A DNA stretch of 64,000 nucleotides from an uncultured Gammaproteobacteria bacterium (GCA_964592105.1 CAZQBL010000004.1:2256-66255), one strand, 5' to 3'. Positions 30,003 through 40,377 are shown, counted from the stretch's first letter. The notes: generated by a model not told the origin, from the letters alone. Translations and numbers: made by a program.

Positions 30003-31799
30003 TCATTTTTTCAAACGAAAGTCGTAAACATATATGGAATATCCAATTTTTTGCGTTGGGGTATAATTAAGTAACCAGCCATATTCTCTTTGCGGCGAAT
30101 ATAAACTGGTAATGCTTATGGCCACAACACAGTTTAGATTTTCAGTGCCATGAAAATTTTCAATATCTGGTAAATACCAATAATCAATACCGTAGTATTC
30201 CAGTTTAGCCTGACCGAAGTAGCTTAAACAAACATGGCTAATATTATTTTCTTCCATGTATTTTTTAAGTTTTTTTAAGTCCTGACCCCAATCGATATTA
30301 GAATCAACCAGGTATTTTGGCGCATTATCGGGTCCACCAACTAATTCGTTAAAATAGGCTAAATAATCAGGATAAATTAAAACTGAGCTCAGACAATAAT
30401 AAAATAGCAGTAGGCCAATAGACCAATTAAAAATTTTATTACCACGGTTTTTGAATTTTATGTTTACGAGAGACCCAGTGCCCACAAAAAGAAAAGGAAA
30501 AACTATTAATATATGCCTAATTCCCAAATTTAAGTGGCTAGTTAGACTCCAAGCAAAATAAATGAACGGCGGAATCACCAGCGCTACGGTCGAAAACGGT
30601 ATTTTGTTAAAAGCATTTTTGCATAAGTAATGATTATTTTTCAAATTGGTCATCAGTTTAGCGACTAAAAACCCGAAAAGAATAGTAAGCAAAACTAAAA
30701 AGGCAAGCGGTTCTTTGAAAACGAAGGCCAAAGGAAAATAGTACCACCAACCAAAGTTACTATATTTGCCCATTAAGTAAGACATGTGGCCGTAAAAATT
30801 ATGACTAAAGAGTTTGACAAGTCCGGCAAAGTAAGAATAAGCTGGAATTGGAACTTTTTCTGCTAAATATCTGATAATTTGGCCTGATGGTTTTCTTAGA
30901 TCGGTTAGGGGGACTATTTTATTTGCTATTGGAGACAATTCAGTCCGATTTTCCCGGATTAGCTCTTCCTGGAATTCGTATAAATTTTTTACGTTTGGGT
31001 CAGAATAAGCAGTTTTAAACTCAAAACGGTAGCTTATCAGGACTACTAGTAAAGAAATAACAAAAATAAAAACAAAATTTCTAAAAAACTTTTTTATGAT
31101 TTGACTTGGTGTGGCCAAATTTCTTGTTTTTAATAAATATAAGAAAAATAAAATAGGTAGTATTAATATCAGTATCAAGGATGAAAATTTGCTGGCTAAA
31201 GCAAACCCCAAAAATAAAGCCGTAAAAAATAAATTACTGTTTTTACCGGACTTGAGATATTTGTAAAAATAATATATGGTAATAAAGAAGAATAAAGTTA
31301 GTCCGACATCAGTGGTAATATACCGTCCATGGGCAATAAAATCTGGAGAAAAACAATATAGAGTCAGGGAAAATAAGCCGGGGATGACGCCAAATAACTC
31401 TTTTGACCATTTGAAAATAAAAAAAGCCAGAACCAAACTAAGTAACATCATCGGTAATCGACCTAACAATAAAATAGTATCAGCCGATACCGTGTTATCG
31501 TATATTAAATCCTTGGCGAAAAGCCATTCATTATAGCCATCCCAATTTGCTTTTGTAAAAGGTGAATCGAGTTTTTTAGAGATTATTAAAAGGGGCAGGG
31601 CTGCTAATTCCTTGATCAATGGGGGGTGCTCTTGATTCATGCGAAAATCATTTTTAAGCAAGTAACTATAGCCAGCCGCCAAGTGAACACCCTCATCAAC
31701 AGTCTGACTTTCTTTTAAGGACGTGCTAATCTGTATCAAGAACATAACTAGAAGCAGTAAAATTACGACGTAAATATATTTTTCTCTAATGAAATTCAT
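30003..31799 (-). CDS. GT-C fold glycosyltransferase (GT39/PMT-like)
   Basis: TVDEGVH, EHPPL, AHGRYITTD, ALASKFS, GIRHIL, DSNIDWGQDL; start trimmed to MNFIREK (31799). Confidence 0.8.
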   Translation of the reverse strand: MNFIREKYIYVVILLLLVMFLIQISTSLKESQTVDEGVHLAAGYSYLLKNDFRMNQEHPPLIKELAALPLLIISKKLDSPFTKANWDGYNEWLFAKDLIYDNTVSADTILLLGRLPMMLLSLVLAFFIFKWSKELFGVIPGLFSLTLYCFSPDFIAHGRYITTDVGLTLFFFITIYYFYKYLKSGKNSNLFFTALFLGFALASKFSSLILILILPILFFLYLLKTRNLATPSQIIKKFFRNFVFIFVISLLVVLISYRFEFKTAYSDPNVKNLYEFQEELIRENRTELSPIANKIVPLTDLRKPSGQIIRYLAEKVPIPAYSYFAGLVKLFSHNFYGHMSYLMGKYSNFGWWYYFPLAFVFKEPLAFLVLLTILFGFLVAKLMTNLKNNHYLCKNAFNKIPFSTVALVIPPFIYFAWSLTSHLNLGIRHILIVFPFLFVGTGSLVNIKFKNRGNKIFNWSIGLLLFYYCLSSVLIYPDYLAYFNELVGGPDNAPKYLVDSNIDWGQDLKKLKKYMEENNISHVCLSYFGQAKLEYYGIDYWYLPDIENFHGTENLNCVVAISITSLYSPQREYGWLLNYTPTQKIGYSIYVYDFRLKK

Positions 31800-31805
31800 A
31801 TAAAT

Positions 31806-32171
31806 ATGCTCGAAGAAATTATAGGGACGCAAATAAACTTTTTTAAAAACAAGAATACTTATTTGTCATTTTTATTTTCATTGTGTTTGAATTTGATTTG
31901 CTGGATTTATTTATTTTTGAAAATAAAGCCGCAAGAAAATCCCATTTACCTTCATTATAACATCTACTCCGGCGTTGACCTAATTGGTGTTTGGTACTGG
32001 ATTTTTTATTTGCCGACCTTTGGGTTTTTAATTTTATTGGCGAATTTTGTTATTTCAAAATTTCTCTATTCACGGATTATTATACTCAGCTATCTAACCC
32101 AATGGTTAACCTTATTTTTACAAATTGTACTTTTAATAGCGACTCTATTAATCGTTAGACAAAATTTATAA
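31806..32171 (+). CDS. Small membrane protein upstream of mraY
   Basis: 3 TM, LHYNIYSGVDLIG motif, 2 bp from mraY. Confidence 0.75.
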   Translation: MLEEIIGTQINFFKNKNTYLSFLFSLCLNLICWIYLFLKIKPQENPIYLHYNIYSGVDLIGVWYWIFYLPTFGFLILLANFVISKFLYSRIIILSYLTQWLTLFLQIVLLIATLLIVRQNL

Positions 32172-32173
32172 AT

Positions 32174-33223
32174 ATGAATATTGACGTCGATTTCAATATA
32201 ACCAAGGTTTTTTTATTGACAACCATCGCTTTCGTCATGACTATTTTATGGACACCATTTTTGACAAATTTTTTGTACCGGCATAAATTCGGTAAAAAAA
32301 TTAGATCAGAGGAATCAGCGCCAATATATTCAAAAATGCATCAAGCTAAATCCGGTACACCGACTATGGGCGGCCTGCTGATTTGGGTAACCACAGCGGT
32401 GCTAGCCATGGTTTTTTTTCTGCTCTCAAAAAGTGACCTTGACGGCTTTATTGAAAAACTTAATTTTTTAACCCGGTCTCAAACCTTATTGCCGCTTGGA
32501 GCTCTGATAGCTTCAGCTATAGTCGGCTTATTTGATGATCTTTTAAATATCCGGGGCATGGGGACTTCAGGGGGCGGCTTACGAGTCAGATATAAATTGA
32601 TTATTTATACTTTTATAGCCATTGTCGGCGCTTACTGGTTTTACTACAAGCTTGATTGGACAACACTCCATTTGCCTTTTATCGGTAATTTTGACATTGG
32701 TATTTGGTATATCCCATTTTTTATCGCAGTTATTGTCTCCACCGCTTTTTCAGTTAATGAAATTGATGGTTTAGACGGATTGGCTGGTGGCACGTTACTG
32801 GCCGCTTTTGGTGCTTATGGAGCTATCGCTTTTTCTCAAGGCAAGATTGAGTTAGCCAGTTTTTGTGGCGTTATTATCGGAGCGCTGTTGGCTTTTTTAT
32901 GGTTCAACATAAATCCAGCCAGATTTTTCATGGGAGATACCGGCGCTATGTCGTTGGGGGTTACTTTGGGGATTGTGGCCATGTTGACAAATAGCGCTTT
33001 ACTTTTACCAGTCATCGGTTTGCCTTTTGTGATTGTTTCCCTTTCCGTAATTATTCAAGTAATTTCAAAAAAATTGTTCAAAAAAAAGGTTTTTATCTCG
33101 GCGCCGCTACATCATCACCTTGAAGCTAAGGGTTGGCCTGAAGCAAAAATTGTCATGCGTTTTTGGATTATTGCCGGCGTGATGGCTGTTATCGGTTTTA
33201 TCTTGTATATGATTGATAAATAA
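32174..33223 (+). CDS. mraY: Phospho-N-acetylmuramoyl-pentapeptide transferase
   Basis: KSGTPTMGG, GLFDD, NEIDGLDGL, FMGDTG, APLHHHLE. Confidence 0.96.
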   Translation: MNIDVDFNITKVFLLTTIAFVMTILWTPFLTNFLYRHKFGKKIRSEESAPIYSKMHQAKSGTPTMGGLLIWVTTAVLAMVFFLLSKSDLDGFIEKLNFLTRSQTLLPLGALIASAIVGLFDDLLNIRGMGTSGGGLRVRYKLIIYTFIAIVGAYWFYYKLDWTTLHLPFIGNFDIGIWYIPFFIAVIVSTAFSVNEIDGLDGLAGGTLLAAFGAYGAIAFSQGKIELASFCGVIIGALLAFLWFNINPARFFMGDTGAMSLGVTLGIVAMLTNSALLLPVIGLPFVIVSLSVIIQVISKKLFKKKVFISAPLHHHLEAKGWPEAKIVMRFWIIAGVMAVIGFILYMIDK

Positions 33224-33305
33224 AGACCTTAGGACGTGCCCGCCTTGAGCCGCGGCTGCCTGTTTTGTATTTTAATTATGCTTTAGATGTGTTATATTTC
33301 ATGAT

Positions 33306-34697
33306 ATGAAGCCGCAACCTTTAATGAAAAACAAGCGGGTTACTGTCATGGGCTTGGGTTTGCATGGTGGTGGATTAGCCACGGTAAATTGGCTTTTAAA
33401 AAATCAAGCCCGGGTAACTGTTACTGATTTGAGAAGTAAAAAAATTTTAAAGCCCGCTTTGAAGAAAATAAAAAAAAGCAAAAGAATAAATTTTGTTTTG
33501 GGTTATCATCGGTTAGCTGATTTTAAAAAAGCAGATTATATTTTCAAAAATCCTGGAGTGCCCAAAGAATCAAATTTTTTGAAAATAGCCAAAAGCAATA
33601 ACATCCCTATTGAAACTGATTTAAGTTATTTTTTTAAGCTTTGTCAGTCACCAATCATTGGCATAACCGGAACCAAAGGAAAATCAACAACAACCACTCT
33701 TATCTACGAAATTTTGAAAAAATCTGGTCGTCAGGTTTTTATTGGTGGCAACATTAGAGTTTCCCCGTTAAATTTTTTATCCGAAACAAGTCCTCAGACT
33801 ATTGTTATACTTGAATTATCATCCTGGCAGCTTGAAGACATGAGCCATCTGCATCGTAGTCCGCATTTAGCCGTAATAACAAATATTTTACCCGATCATC
33901 TGAATCGTTATCGAAATTTTAACGAATACGTTGATGCAAAAAAGCTGATTATTAAATGGCAAGATAAGCGAGACCTGGCCGTTATAAATTATGACAATGC
34001 TTCAGCCCGTAAACTTGGAAGAATTGTAAAATCACGGCGTTTTTGGTTCACAACAAGGAGAGTTAATGAGGTCAACGCTTGTTTTGTCAAAAACGGCTGG
34101 ATAATCTTTAGGGTGAACGGGCGAACAGAAAGGGTTTGTAAAATCGAAAAAATAAAATTAATGGGTAGGCATAATTTGCAAAATATTCTTGCTGCTGTGG
34201 CGGTGGCCAAAGTTTACGGCGTGAAGAATAAAGTAATCTGTTCAGTTCTAGAATCTTTCGACGGAGTTCCTGGCCGACTGCAGCTCATCAGAACATATAA
34301 AGGGCGTGATTTTTATAATGATACCACAGCCACCGCTCCCATCAGTACCGTGGCCGCTTTGGATTGCTTTAAAAACAGAGAGATAATTCTATTAGCCGGC
34401 GGATCTGACAAAAATCTTTACTATGAAGCACTGGCGCGCAAGATAAAAAAAAGTGTTGCCAAGACAATTTTATTCAAAGGAACGGCCACTAACAAAATAT
34501 TGCGTTGCCTAAAAAAGCTAAACTACCGAAATTACTCAATCGTCTCAAATATGAAACAAGCAGTAAAATTAGCTTGGGCTTCATCCTCTGAAAAATCGCT
34601 AATTTTATTATCGCCTGGAGCCGCCAGCTTCGGAATATTTTTAAACGAATTTGACCGCGGCGACCAATTTGTTCAAGCCGTGAAATTAATAAAGTAA
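33306..34697 (+). CDS. murD: UDP-N-acetylmuramoyl-L-alanine--D-glutamate ligase
   Basis: GITGTKGKSTTT, LELSSWQL, DHLNRY, NDTTAT, LLSPGAASF, RGDQF. Confidence 0.95.
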   Translation: MKPQPLMKNKRVTVMGLGLHGGGLATVNWLLKNQARVTVTDLRSKKILKPALKKIKKSKRINFVLGYHRLADFKKADYIFKNPGVPKESNFLKIAKSNNIPIETDLSYFFKLCQSPIIGITGTKGKSTTTTLIYEILKKSGRQVFIGGNIRVSPLNFLSETSPQTIVILELSSWQLEDMSHLHRSPHLAVITNILPDHLNRYRNFNEYVDAKKLIIKWQDKRDLAVINYDNASARKLGRIVKSRRFWFTTRRVNEVNACFVKNGWIIFRVNGRTERVCKIEKIKLMGRHNLQNILAAVAVAKVYGVKNKVICSVLESFDGVPGRLQLIRTYKGRDFYNDTTATAPISTVAALDCFKNREIILLAGGSDKNLYYEALARKIKKSVAKTILFKGTATNKILRCLKKLNYRNYSIVSNMKQAVKLAWASSSEKSLILLSPGAASFGIFLNEFDRGDQFVQAVKLIK

Positions 34698-35801
34698 ATG
34701 GCCATAAAAACACACAAAGCAGACTACACCTTGATTCTGATAATTGCCGTTATTCTTGTTTTTGGGCTGGTCATGCTTTCTTCGGCCAGTTCTTTTTTGG
34801 GTTTTGAAAAATTTAACGACAGCAATTACTACCTCAAACATCAACTGCTTAATGGCTTAAGCATTGGTTTAGGGGCTTTTTTCCTGCTATCAAGGATAGA
34901 TTATCATGTCTGGAAGAAATTCGCCCTGTTTTTAATGATTTTAAATGTTTTTTTATTATTAGCAATTTTTATTCCGGGACTAGGCTTCGGCTATGGTGGG
35001 GCCAGACGCTGGATTCAGCTTGGGTTTTTTACTATTCAACCGTCGGAAATTTTAAAATTAGTTTTTATACTTTACTTATCCACCTTGTTTGCAAAAAATA
35101 TCGAACACATAAAAGATCCTAACTATGGCTTGATACCGTTTTTGGTAATTTTAGGGGCCTCGGCTATCTTAATTATGAGGCAGCCGGATATGGGTACTTT
35201 AATTATTATTATCCTAATTGCTCTGTCCATTTATTTTGTGGCCGGAGCATCCTGGAAACATTTATTGTGGCTTATCTTGGGATCAGGGGCATTGTTTTTG
35301 TTGTTAATAAAAATCGCACCTTACCGGACGGCTCGACTTACTGTTTTTTTAAACCCAGCCATTGATCCGCAGGGCATAGGTTATCACATTAACCAGGCGC
35401 TTTTGGCGATTGGGAGTGGCGGTTTTTTTGGTTTAGGGTTAGGCCATTCTCGACAAAAATTGCTTTATCTGCCAGAGGTGACCGGAGATTCAATTTTTGC
35501 CATAATTGCCGAGGAAGTCGGCTTTTTATTTTCTTTTGTCCTGATTGCCTTATTTTTAGCTTTAATGTATAAAGGCTTTCAAATAGCTAAGCATGCACCA
35601 GATACTTTTGGCCGTTTAGTGGCAACTGGTATTACTGCCTGGTTCGTGCTACAAGCCTTTATCAACATCGCCGCGATGGTTACTTTAGTTCCGTTAACCG
35701 GTATCCCTTTACCTTTTGTCAGTTACGGCAGTACGGCATTGGCAGTTTCTCTGGCCGCAACGGGAATTTTGGTTAATATTTCTAAACAAACAAACCAATG
35801 A
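34698..35801 (+). CDS. ftsW: SEDS peptidoglycan polymerase FtsW
   Basis: GARRWI, QPSEILK, QPDMGT, LPEVTGDSIFAIIAEE, PLTGIPLPFVSYG. Confidence 0.93.
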   Translation: MAIKTHKADYTLILIIAVILVFGLVMLSSASSFLGFEKFNDSNYYLKHQLLNGLSIGLGAFFLLSRIDYHVWKKFALFLMILNVFLLLAIFIPGLGFGYGGARRWIQLGFFTIQPSEILKLVFILYLSTLFAKNIEHIKDPNYGLIPFLVILGASAILIMRQPDMGTLIIIILIALSIYFVAGASWKHLLWLILGSGALFLLLIKIAPYRTARLTVFLNPAIDPQGIGYHINQALLAIGSGGFFGLGLGHSRQKLLYLPEVTGDSIFAIIAEEVGFLFSFVLIALFLALMYKGFQIAKHAPDTFGRLVATGITAWFVLQAFINIAAMVTLVPLTGIPLPFVSYGSTALAVSLAATGILVNISKQTNQ

Positions 35802-36868
35802 TCAAGTTAGTAATTTCCGGTGGTGGTACGGCCGGATCAGTTATGCCTCTAGTAACTATCGCCAGTAAGCTTAGCCGTCTGAACCCAGAAAATAAAGTTT
35901 TATTTATTGGTACGCGGCACGGACATGCCGAAAGGGAAATTATTGCCAGGTACAATTTCTACTCAAACAAAATATTTTGCGGTAAGCTAAGACGATATTT
36001 TGATTTACGCAATTTATTTGACGTGTTTTTGACGTTGGTCGGTTTTTTCCAATCACTAGTGATTTTAGCCAAATTCAAGCCGGATGTAATTATGGGTGCG
36101 GGCGGCTATGTTTCTGTGCCAGTCATTTGGGCCGCTTGGCTTCTAAGAAAAAAAATATTTATTCATCAACAAGATCTAAAGCCTTCACTGTCCAATATTC
36201 TGGTAAAAGGCCTGGCTGATAAAATTACCGTATCTTTTAAAAAATCCTTAAATTATTTTCCATTAAGCAAAACTAGCTGGACTGGTAATCCTGTTCGAGA
36301 AGATTTAGAAACAGCCGATGCCGAGCTGGCCTATCAAAAATATTCTTTGAAAAAGGGGCTCCCTTTGGTCTTGATCATTGGAGGTAGCAGCGGTGCGGTT
36401 TTTTTAAATTCAATTGTTTTATCATGCCTACCAAAATTACTCGAATTTTGTCAGGTTGTCCACATAACAGGTTTTGGAAAAAAGGTCGCCATGGAAAACA
36501 GCGAACGATTCAAACAGTTTGAATTTATAACTGATGATTTGGTCCATCTGATGAAAGCCTCTGATCTTATAGTTTCCCGTGCCGGTCTTTCGGTTATTAC
36601 TGAGTTATCCTTTTTAAAAAAACCGGCAATAATAATTCCCATCAAAGATTCTCACCAGGAAGATAACGCCCTGTTTTTACAGGAAGAAAATGCGGCTTGT
36701 GTGATATTTCAAAGCCAACTATCGCCCTCAATCCTTTTAGGTAAAATAAGTGGTATACTGAATGATAAGAATGCGCAAGACATATATTCACAAAATATTT
36801 CCCGAATTTTCAAGCCTCGGGCTAGCGATGAAATACTGGATCAATTATTAAGTTTGATTAAAAAATGA
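35798..36868 (+). CDS. murG: Lipid I N-acetylglucosamine transferase
   Basis: GGGTAGSVMP, GGYVSVP, TGNPVR, GGSSGA, SRAG, HQEDNA. Confidence 0.93.
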   Translation: MIKLVISGGGTAGSVMPLVTIASKLSRLNPENKVLFIGTRHGHAEREIIARYNFYSNKIFCGKLRRYFDLRNLFDVFLTLVGFFQSLVILAKFKPDVIMGAGGYVSVPVIWAAWLLRKKIFIHQQDLKPSLSNILVKGLADKITVSFKKSLNYFPLSKTSWTGNPVREDLETADAELAYQKYSLKKGLPLVLIIGGSSGAVFLNSIVLSCLPKLLEFCQVVHITGFGKKVAMENSERFKQFEFITDDLVHLMKASDLIVSRAGLSVITELSFLKKPAIIIPIKDSHQEDNALFLQEENAACVIFQSQLSPSILLGKISGILNDKNAQDIYSQNISRIFKPRASDEILDQLLSLIKK

Positions 36869-38223
36869 AGCTACCTCGCAGTGTCCATTTTATCGGAATT
36901 GGCGGTATTGGCATCTCGGGATTAGCCAAGATATTTTTGGAATTTGGTTTGAAAGTTTCCGGCTCTGATTTATTTGACTCGCCAGGCATAAGATACTTGA
37001 AAAATAATAAAGCAAACATTAAGATCGGCAGGCACCGCGCCGAGAATGTAGCCGATGATGTGGAATTGGTGGTTTATACCAACGCAATAAAAAAAAATAA
37101 TCCTGAATATAGGGCGGCGCAGAGAAAGGGAATTAAGTTGATGAGTTATCCGCAATGCGTGGGTCGCTTGCTTCAAGATTATATTCCGTTGGTCGTATCC
37201 GGAACTCACGGTAAAAGCACGACGACGGCCATGTTGGCGAAAATATTTTTGTCGGCCGGTTTGGATCCTTCAATACTGGTGGGGACTAAAATCAAAGAGT
37301 GCGATAACAACAATTCTCGCCTCGGCCTGGGCCGACATTTTATCTTAGAGGGCGATGAATACAAAGAAGCTTTTTTGAATTATTCTCCGCTTGGATTGAT
37401 TATCAATAATATTGAAGCCGACCATTTGGATTATTATAAGAATGAATCAGCTATCATCAGAGCTTTCCAAAAACTAGCCCGAAAAGTTCCGGCTAAGGGA
37501 TTCGTTATTGCTAATGCCGATGATGCAAACGTCATGAAATCGGTGCGTGGCGTAAAATGTCGGTTGATTACTTATGGTCTTAAACATGGTGATTACCAGG
37601 CCATGCATATTAGACGGTACGGAGAATTGACCAGATTTGCCGTCAAGGGTCCGGAAAATTTTGATTTGGCCCTAAAAGTGCCGGGTTTGCATAATGTACA
37701 AAATGCTTTAGCGGCTTGTGTCTTGGCCTTGACCTTTAGGATAAGTCTGGAAACTATTAAAAAAGCACTACTGGCTTATGAGGGAGCTTGGCGTAGATTC
37801 GAAATTAAAAGTAAAAAAAGGGGGATTTTGTTTATCGACGATTATGCCCATCATCCTACAGAAATTAAAGTAACATTAGCCACCGCACGCCAACTTTTTA
37901 TCGGTCGGAGAATTTGGTGTGTTTTTCAACCTCATAGCCAAGATAGAACCAGAAAATTATTCAGTGGCTTCGTCAGCGCTTTTAAAGATTGTGATTGGCT
38001 GGTTTTGACGGAAATTTACCACGTGGCCGGCCGTGAAAATACCCGCCCTTTTTCGGCAAAAAGTCTTTATAAAGAAATAAAAACTTATAAAAAAAACTGT
38101 ATTTATTTTAAAAATTACAAAACTATCCCAAGGATTTTAAGTAAAAAACTAATTTCAGGCGATGTGGTCATAACCATGGGCGCTGGAAACATTACGGAAA
38201 TTAGCGATGGTTATCTGAAATAA
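36865..38223 (+). CDS. murC: UDP-N-acetylmuramate--L-alanine ligase
   Basis: HFIGIGGIGISGLA, GTHGKSTTT, EADHLDYY, DDYAHHPTEI, FQPH, MGAGNI. Confidence 0.96.
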   Translation: MKLPRSVHFIGIGGIGISGLAKIFLEFGLKVSGSDLFDSPGIRYLKNNKANIKIGRHRAENVADDVELVVYTNAIKKNNPEYRAAQRKGIKLMSYPQCVGRLLQDYIPLVVSGTHGKSTTTAMLAKIFLSAGLDPSILVGTKIKECDNNNSRLGLGRHFILEGDEYKEAFLNYSPLGLIINNIEADHLDYYKNESAIIRAFQKLARKVPAKGFVIANADDANVMKSVRGVKCRLITYGLKHGDYQAMHIRRYGELTRFAVKGPENFDLALKVPGLHNVQNALAACVLALTFRISLETIKKALLAYEGAWRRFEIKSKKRGILFIDDYAHHPTEIKVTLATARQLFIGRRIWCVFQPHSQDRTRKLFSGFVSAFKDCDWLVLTEIYHVAGRENTRPFSAKSLYKEIKTYKKNCIYFKNYKTIPRILSKKLISGDVVITMGAGNITEISDGYLK

Positions 38224-38238
38224 AAACGGCCAGTCTTT

Positions 38239-39258
38239 TTACTGGCCGTGTTTTTGTGCAAAGAGCATGATGATGTCACCGGGCTCGACCTCGGTGTTGT
38301 TTAAAACCTGAAATCCAACTAAATAGCCGGGGCCAGGTGATTTTATGGTTTCGATTATTTCGTTTTCTGATGAGTTAATTGTAGCAATTTCCTCACCACT
38401 AACTATAAAATCAAAAAACTGGCGAGGCCGAAGTGTGGTGTGTCCTTTTTTTAATTCCGATTCTAAATTGATATAGTGCACGCGTCCTCGGCTGCTGGCG
38501 AGAATTGGTTTCAAATCGTAGATTTCTGCTGAGTGTCCGATTTTGACGGGAACGTGTGGCGGAATGTAGATTTGTATACTTGGATTTCTGGGTAGAACGA
38601 ATTTTTCACCAACCTCAAAAATTTTGGGGATAACAACGCGTCTGGATAATTTCTTAGCATAAATCAAGATAATGTCTTTTTTCCTAACTTCGGTTCCGTC
38701 CAAAACTTGAAAACTCACAACCTGCCCAGCTTCTCTAGAATAAAGTAAAATTTCTTTTTGTCTTGTGGTAGTTACGATACCAATTTTTTCGTGAGTACCG
38801 AAGAAATCCAGAAACGACCAGTTATTGGAGAATTGATCGATCTTACCTGGGGACGAAGTGTAATTAAAAATACCGGCGGCCGGACTATATAGGGCGCTCA
38901 GTTCGTACCACTCAATAGTCCCGGCAATTGACATTCTCAAAAATAGCGGTATCCAAATCTGCAATCTTCTGTTTCTGGGCAATTTGGTGACCACGTAATT
39001 ATTAACCGGAACAACGACATCTGACAGTATCAGAATTTTACTTTTTGGAAATTTGATGGGCTTGTCCGGTTCGATCACCGCAATTTTTCCTACATTAATT
39101 TCTTTTTTTTTAGCCCAGCGATGATCGGCTGACAAATTGAATTCACGACGGATATAAATCCTTCCCCCAAACTCTTTGATCTCTATTTCGCCAATAAGCG
39201 GGCTTTTATCTAAAAGTTCGATTAGCGACTTAAGGTGTTTTAAGGTTGGAAAAAGCAT
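38239..39258 (-). CDS. Hypothetical protein; AccB(BCCP)-like N-terminus and two tandem degenerate biotinyl/lipoyl-like domains
   Basis: 339-aa ORF with GAGGT SD; internal duplication LPRN.I.I.IP...FQVL..TEV...DII; no AMKM motif. Confidence 0.6.
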   Translation of the reverse strand: MLFPTLKHLKSLIELLDKSPLIGEIEIKEFGGRIYIRREFNLSADHRWAKKKEINVGKIAVIEPDKPIKFPKSKILILSDVVVPVNNYVVTKLPRNRRLQIWIPLFLRMSIAGTIEWYELSALYSPAAGIFNYTSSPGKIDQFSNNWSFLDFFGTHEKIGIVTTTRQKEILLYSREAGQVVSFQVLDGTEVRKKDIILIYAKKLSRRVVIPKIFEVGEKFVLPRNPSIQIYIPPHVPVKIGHSAEIYDLKPILASSRGRVHYINLESELKKGHTTLRPRQFFDFIVSGEEIATINSSENEIIETIKSPGPGYLVGFQVLNNTEVEPGDIIMLFAQKHGQ

Positions 39259-39337
39259 TTTTTACCTCTTTTTTTAAAGTTCGTTATAGGTTTTAGTTTT
39301 GCTAAAGATTAGCAAAATATGCTACAATGTCAAGGCC

Positions 39338-40231
39338 ATGGAAGAACAACTCAAAAAATTAAAAACAAAATTAATTGGCCTTAAGACAGACGAGCCTCTG
39401 GCCCAGTTTACAACTTTTAAAATCGGTGGCCCGGCGAAATATTTTTTTATTGCCCATGATAATAATTCAATTATCAAAGCGGTTAAACTAGCACGTGAAC
39501 TGGAGATAAATTATTTTATTTTAGGTAACGGTAGTAATATTTTAATTTCAGATAAGGGTTTTGACGGACTGGTAATAAAAATGGAGAATACAAAAATATC
39601 ATTTGAGGATAAGCTAGTTAGGGCAGAATCTGGTTTGCCACTACAAAAACTAATCAGAGAAACAATCGCAAAAAAATTGTCGGGTTTGGAATTTTTAATT
39701 GGGATTCCTGGAACCGTGGGCGGAGGTGTGGCCGGCAACGTAGGCACGCCTACTGATTGGATAGGCGAGAAAGTGACTGAGGTGGAAATTTTGAACGCAG
39801 AAAGTGAAATTGCAATCGTGCCTAAGTCGCAATGCGATTTTTCGTATAGATTTAGCCGTTTTAAATATAATGATAAAGAAGTAATTTTGACCGTTAACTT
39901 TAAACTGGAAAAAGCCCCGTCTGACGTTATCCAAAAGAAGGTTACGGATTTTTTAAATAACCGCTCACATCAGCCAACAGCTAAACCTTGCGCCGGTTCA
40001 ATTTTTAAAAATCCAGAAGGTAAAAAGGCCTGGAAAATAATCGATGAAGTTGGTTTGAGGGGCAAACAAATTGGCGGGGCCAAAGTTTCTGATGAGCATG
40101 CTAATTTTATTATCAATACTGGCACGGCCAAAGCTGAAGATGTAGTTATCCTCATTAGCTACATAAAACAGCAAGTTCGCGATCAGCTCGGGTATCAGCT
40201 CCAGGAGGAAATAAAGTACGTTGGTTTTTAA
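39338..40231 (+). CDS. murB: UDP-N-acetylenolpyruvoylglucosamine reductase
   Basis: TTFKIGGPA, LGNGSN, GIPGTVGG, AGSIFKNP, HANFIIN; start trimmed to MEEQ. Confidence 0.95.
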   Translation: MEEQLKKLKTKLIGLKTDEPLAQFTTFKIGGPAKYFFIAHDNNSIIKAVKLARELEINYFILGNGSNILISDKGFDGLVIKMENTKISFEDKLVRAESGLPLQKLIRETIAKKLSGLEFLIGIPGTVGGGVAGNVGTPTDWIGEKVTEVEILNAESEIAIVPKSQCDFSYRFSRFKYNDKEVILTVNFKLEKAPSDVIQKKVTDFLNNRSHQPTAKPCAGSIFKNPEGKKAWKIIDEVGLRGKQIGGAKVSDEHANFIINTGTAKAEDVVILISYIKQQVRDQLGYQLQEEIKYVGF

Positions 40232-40377
40232 AAAAATAAATTAAGTTGAGTAATATGCCAGCTTTTTCACTCTTTCGATACTTGCATATTTTTTTATCAG
40301 ATTATAAAATTAATAAGTAAAAATAATGTGGATAACTTTTATTTTCAAAAATCTAATTTTTTATCTTACATGAGTGA

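Noticed and set aside
33230-33266. GC-rich stretch between mraY and murD as a riboswitch
   Set aside because: Too short and only imperfectly paired; at most a weak terminator.
40327-40335. Perfect DnaA box (TGTGGATAA) upstream of speA as oriC
   Set aside because: Single box, no cluster, no dnaA/dnaN in the window; another copy lies inside rplI (17426-34), consistent with chance.
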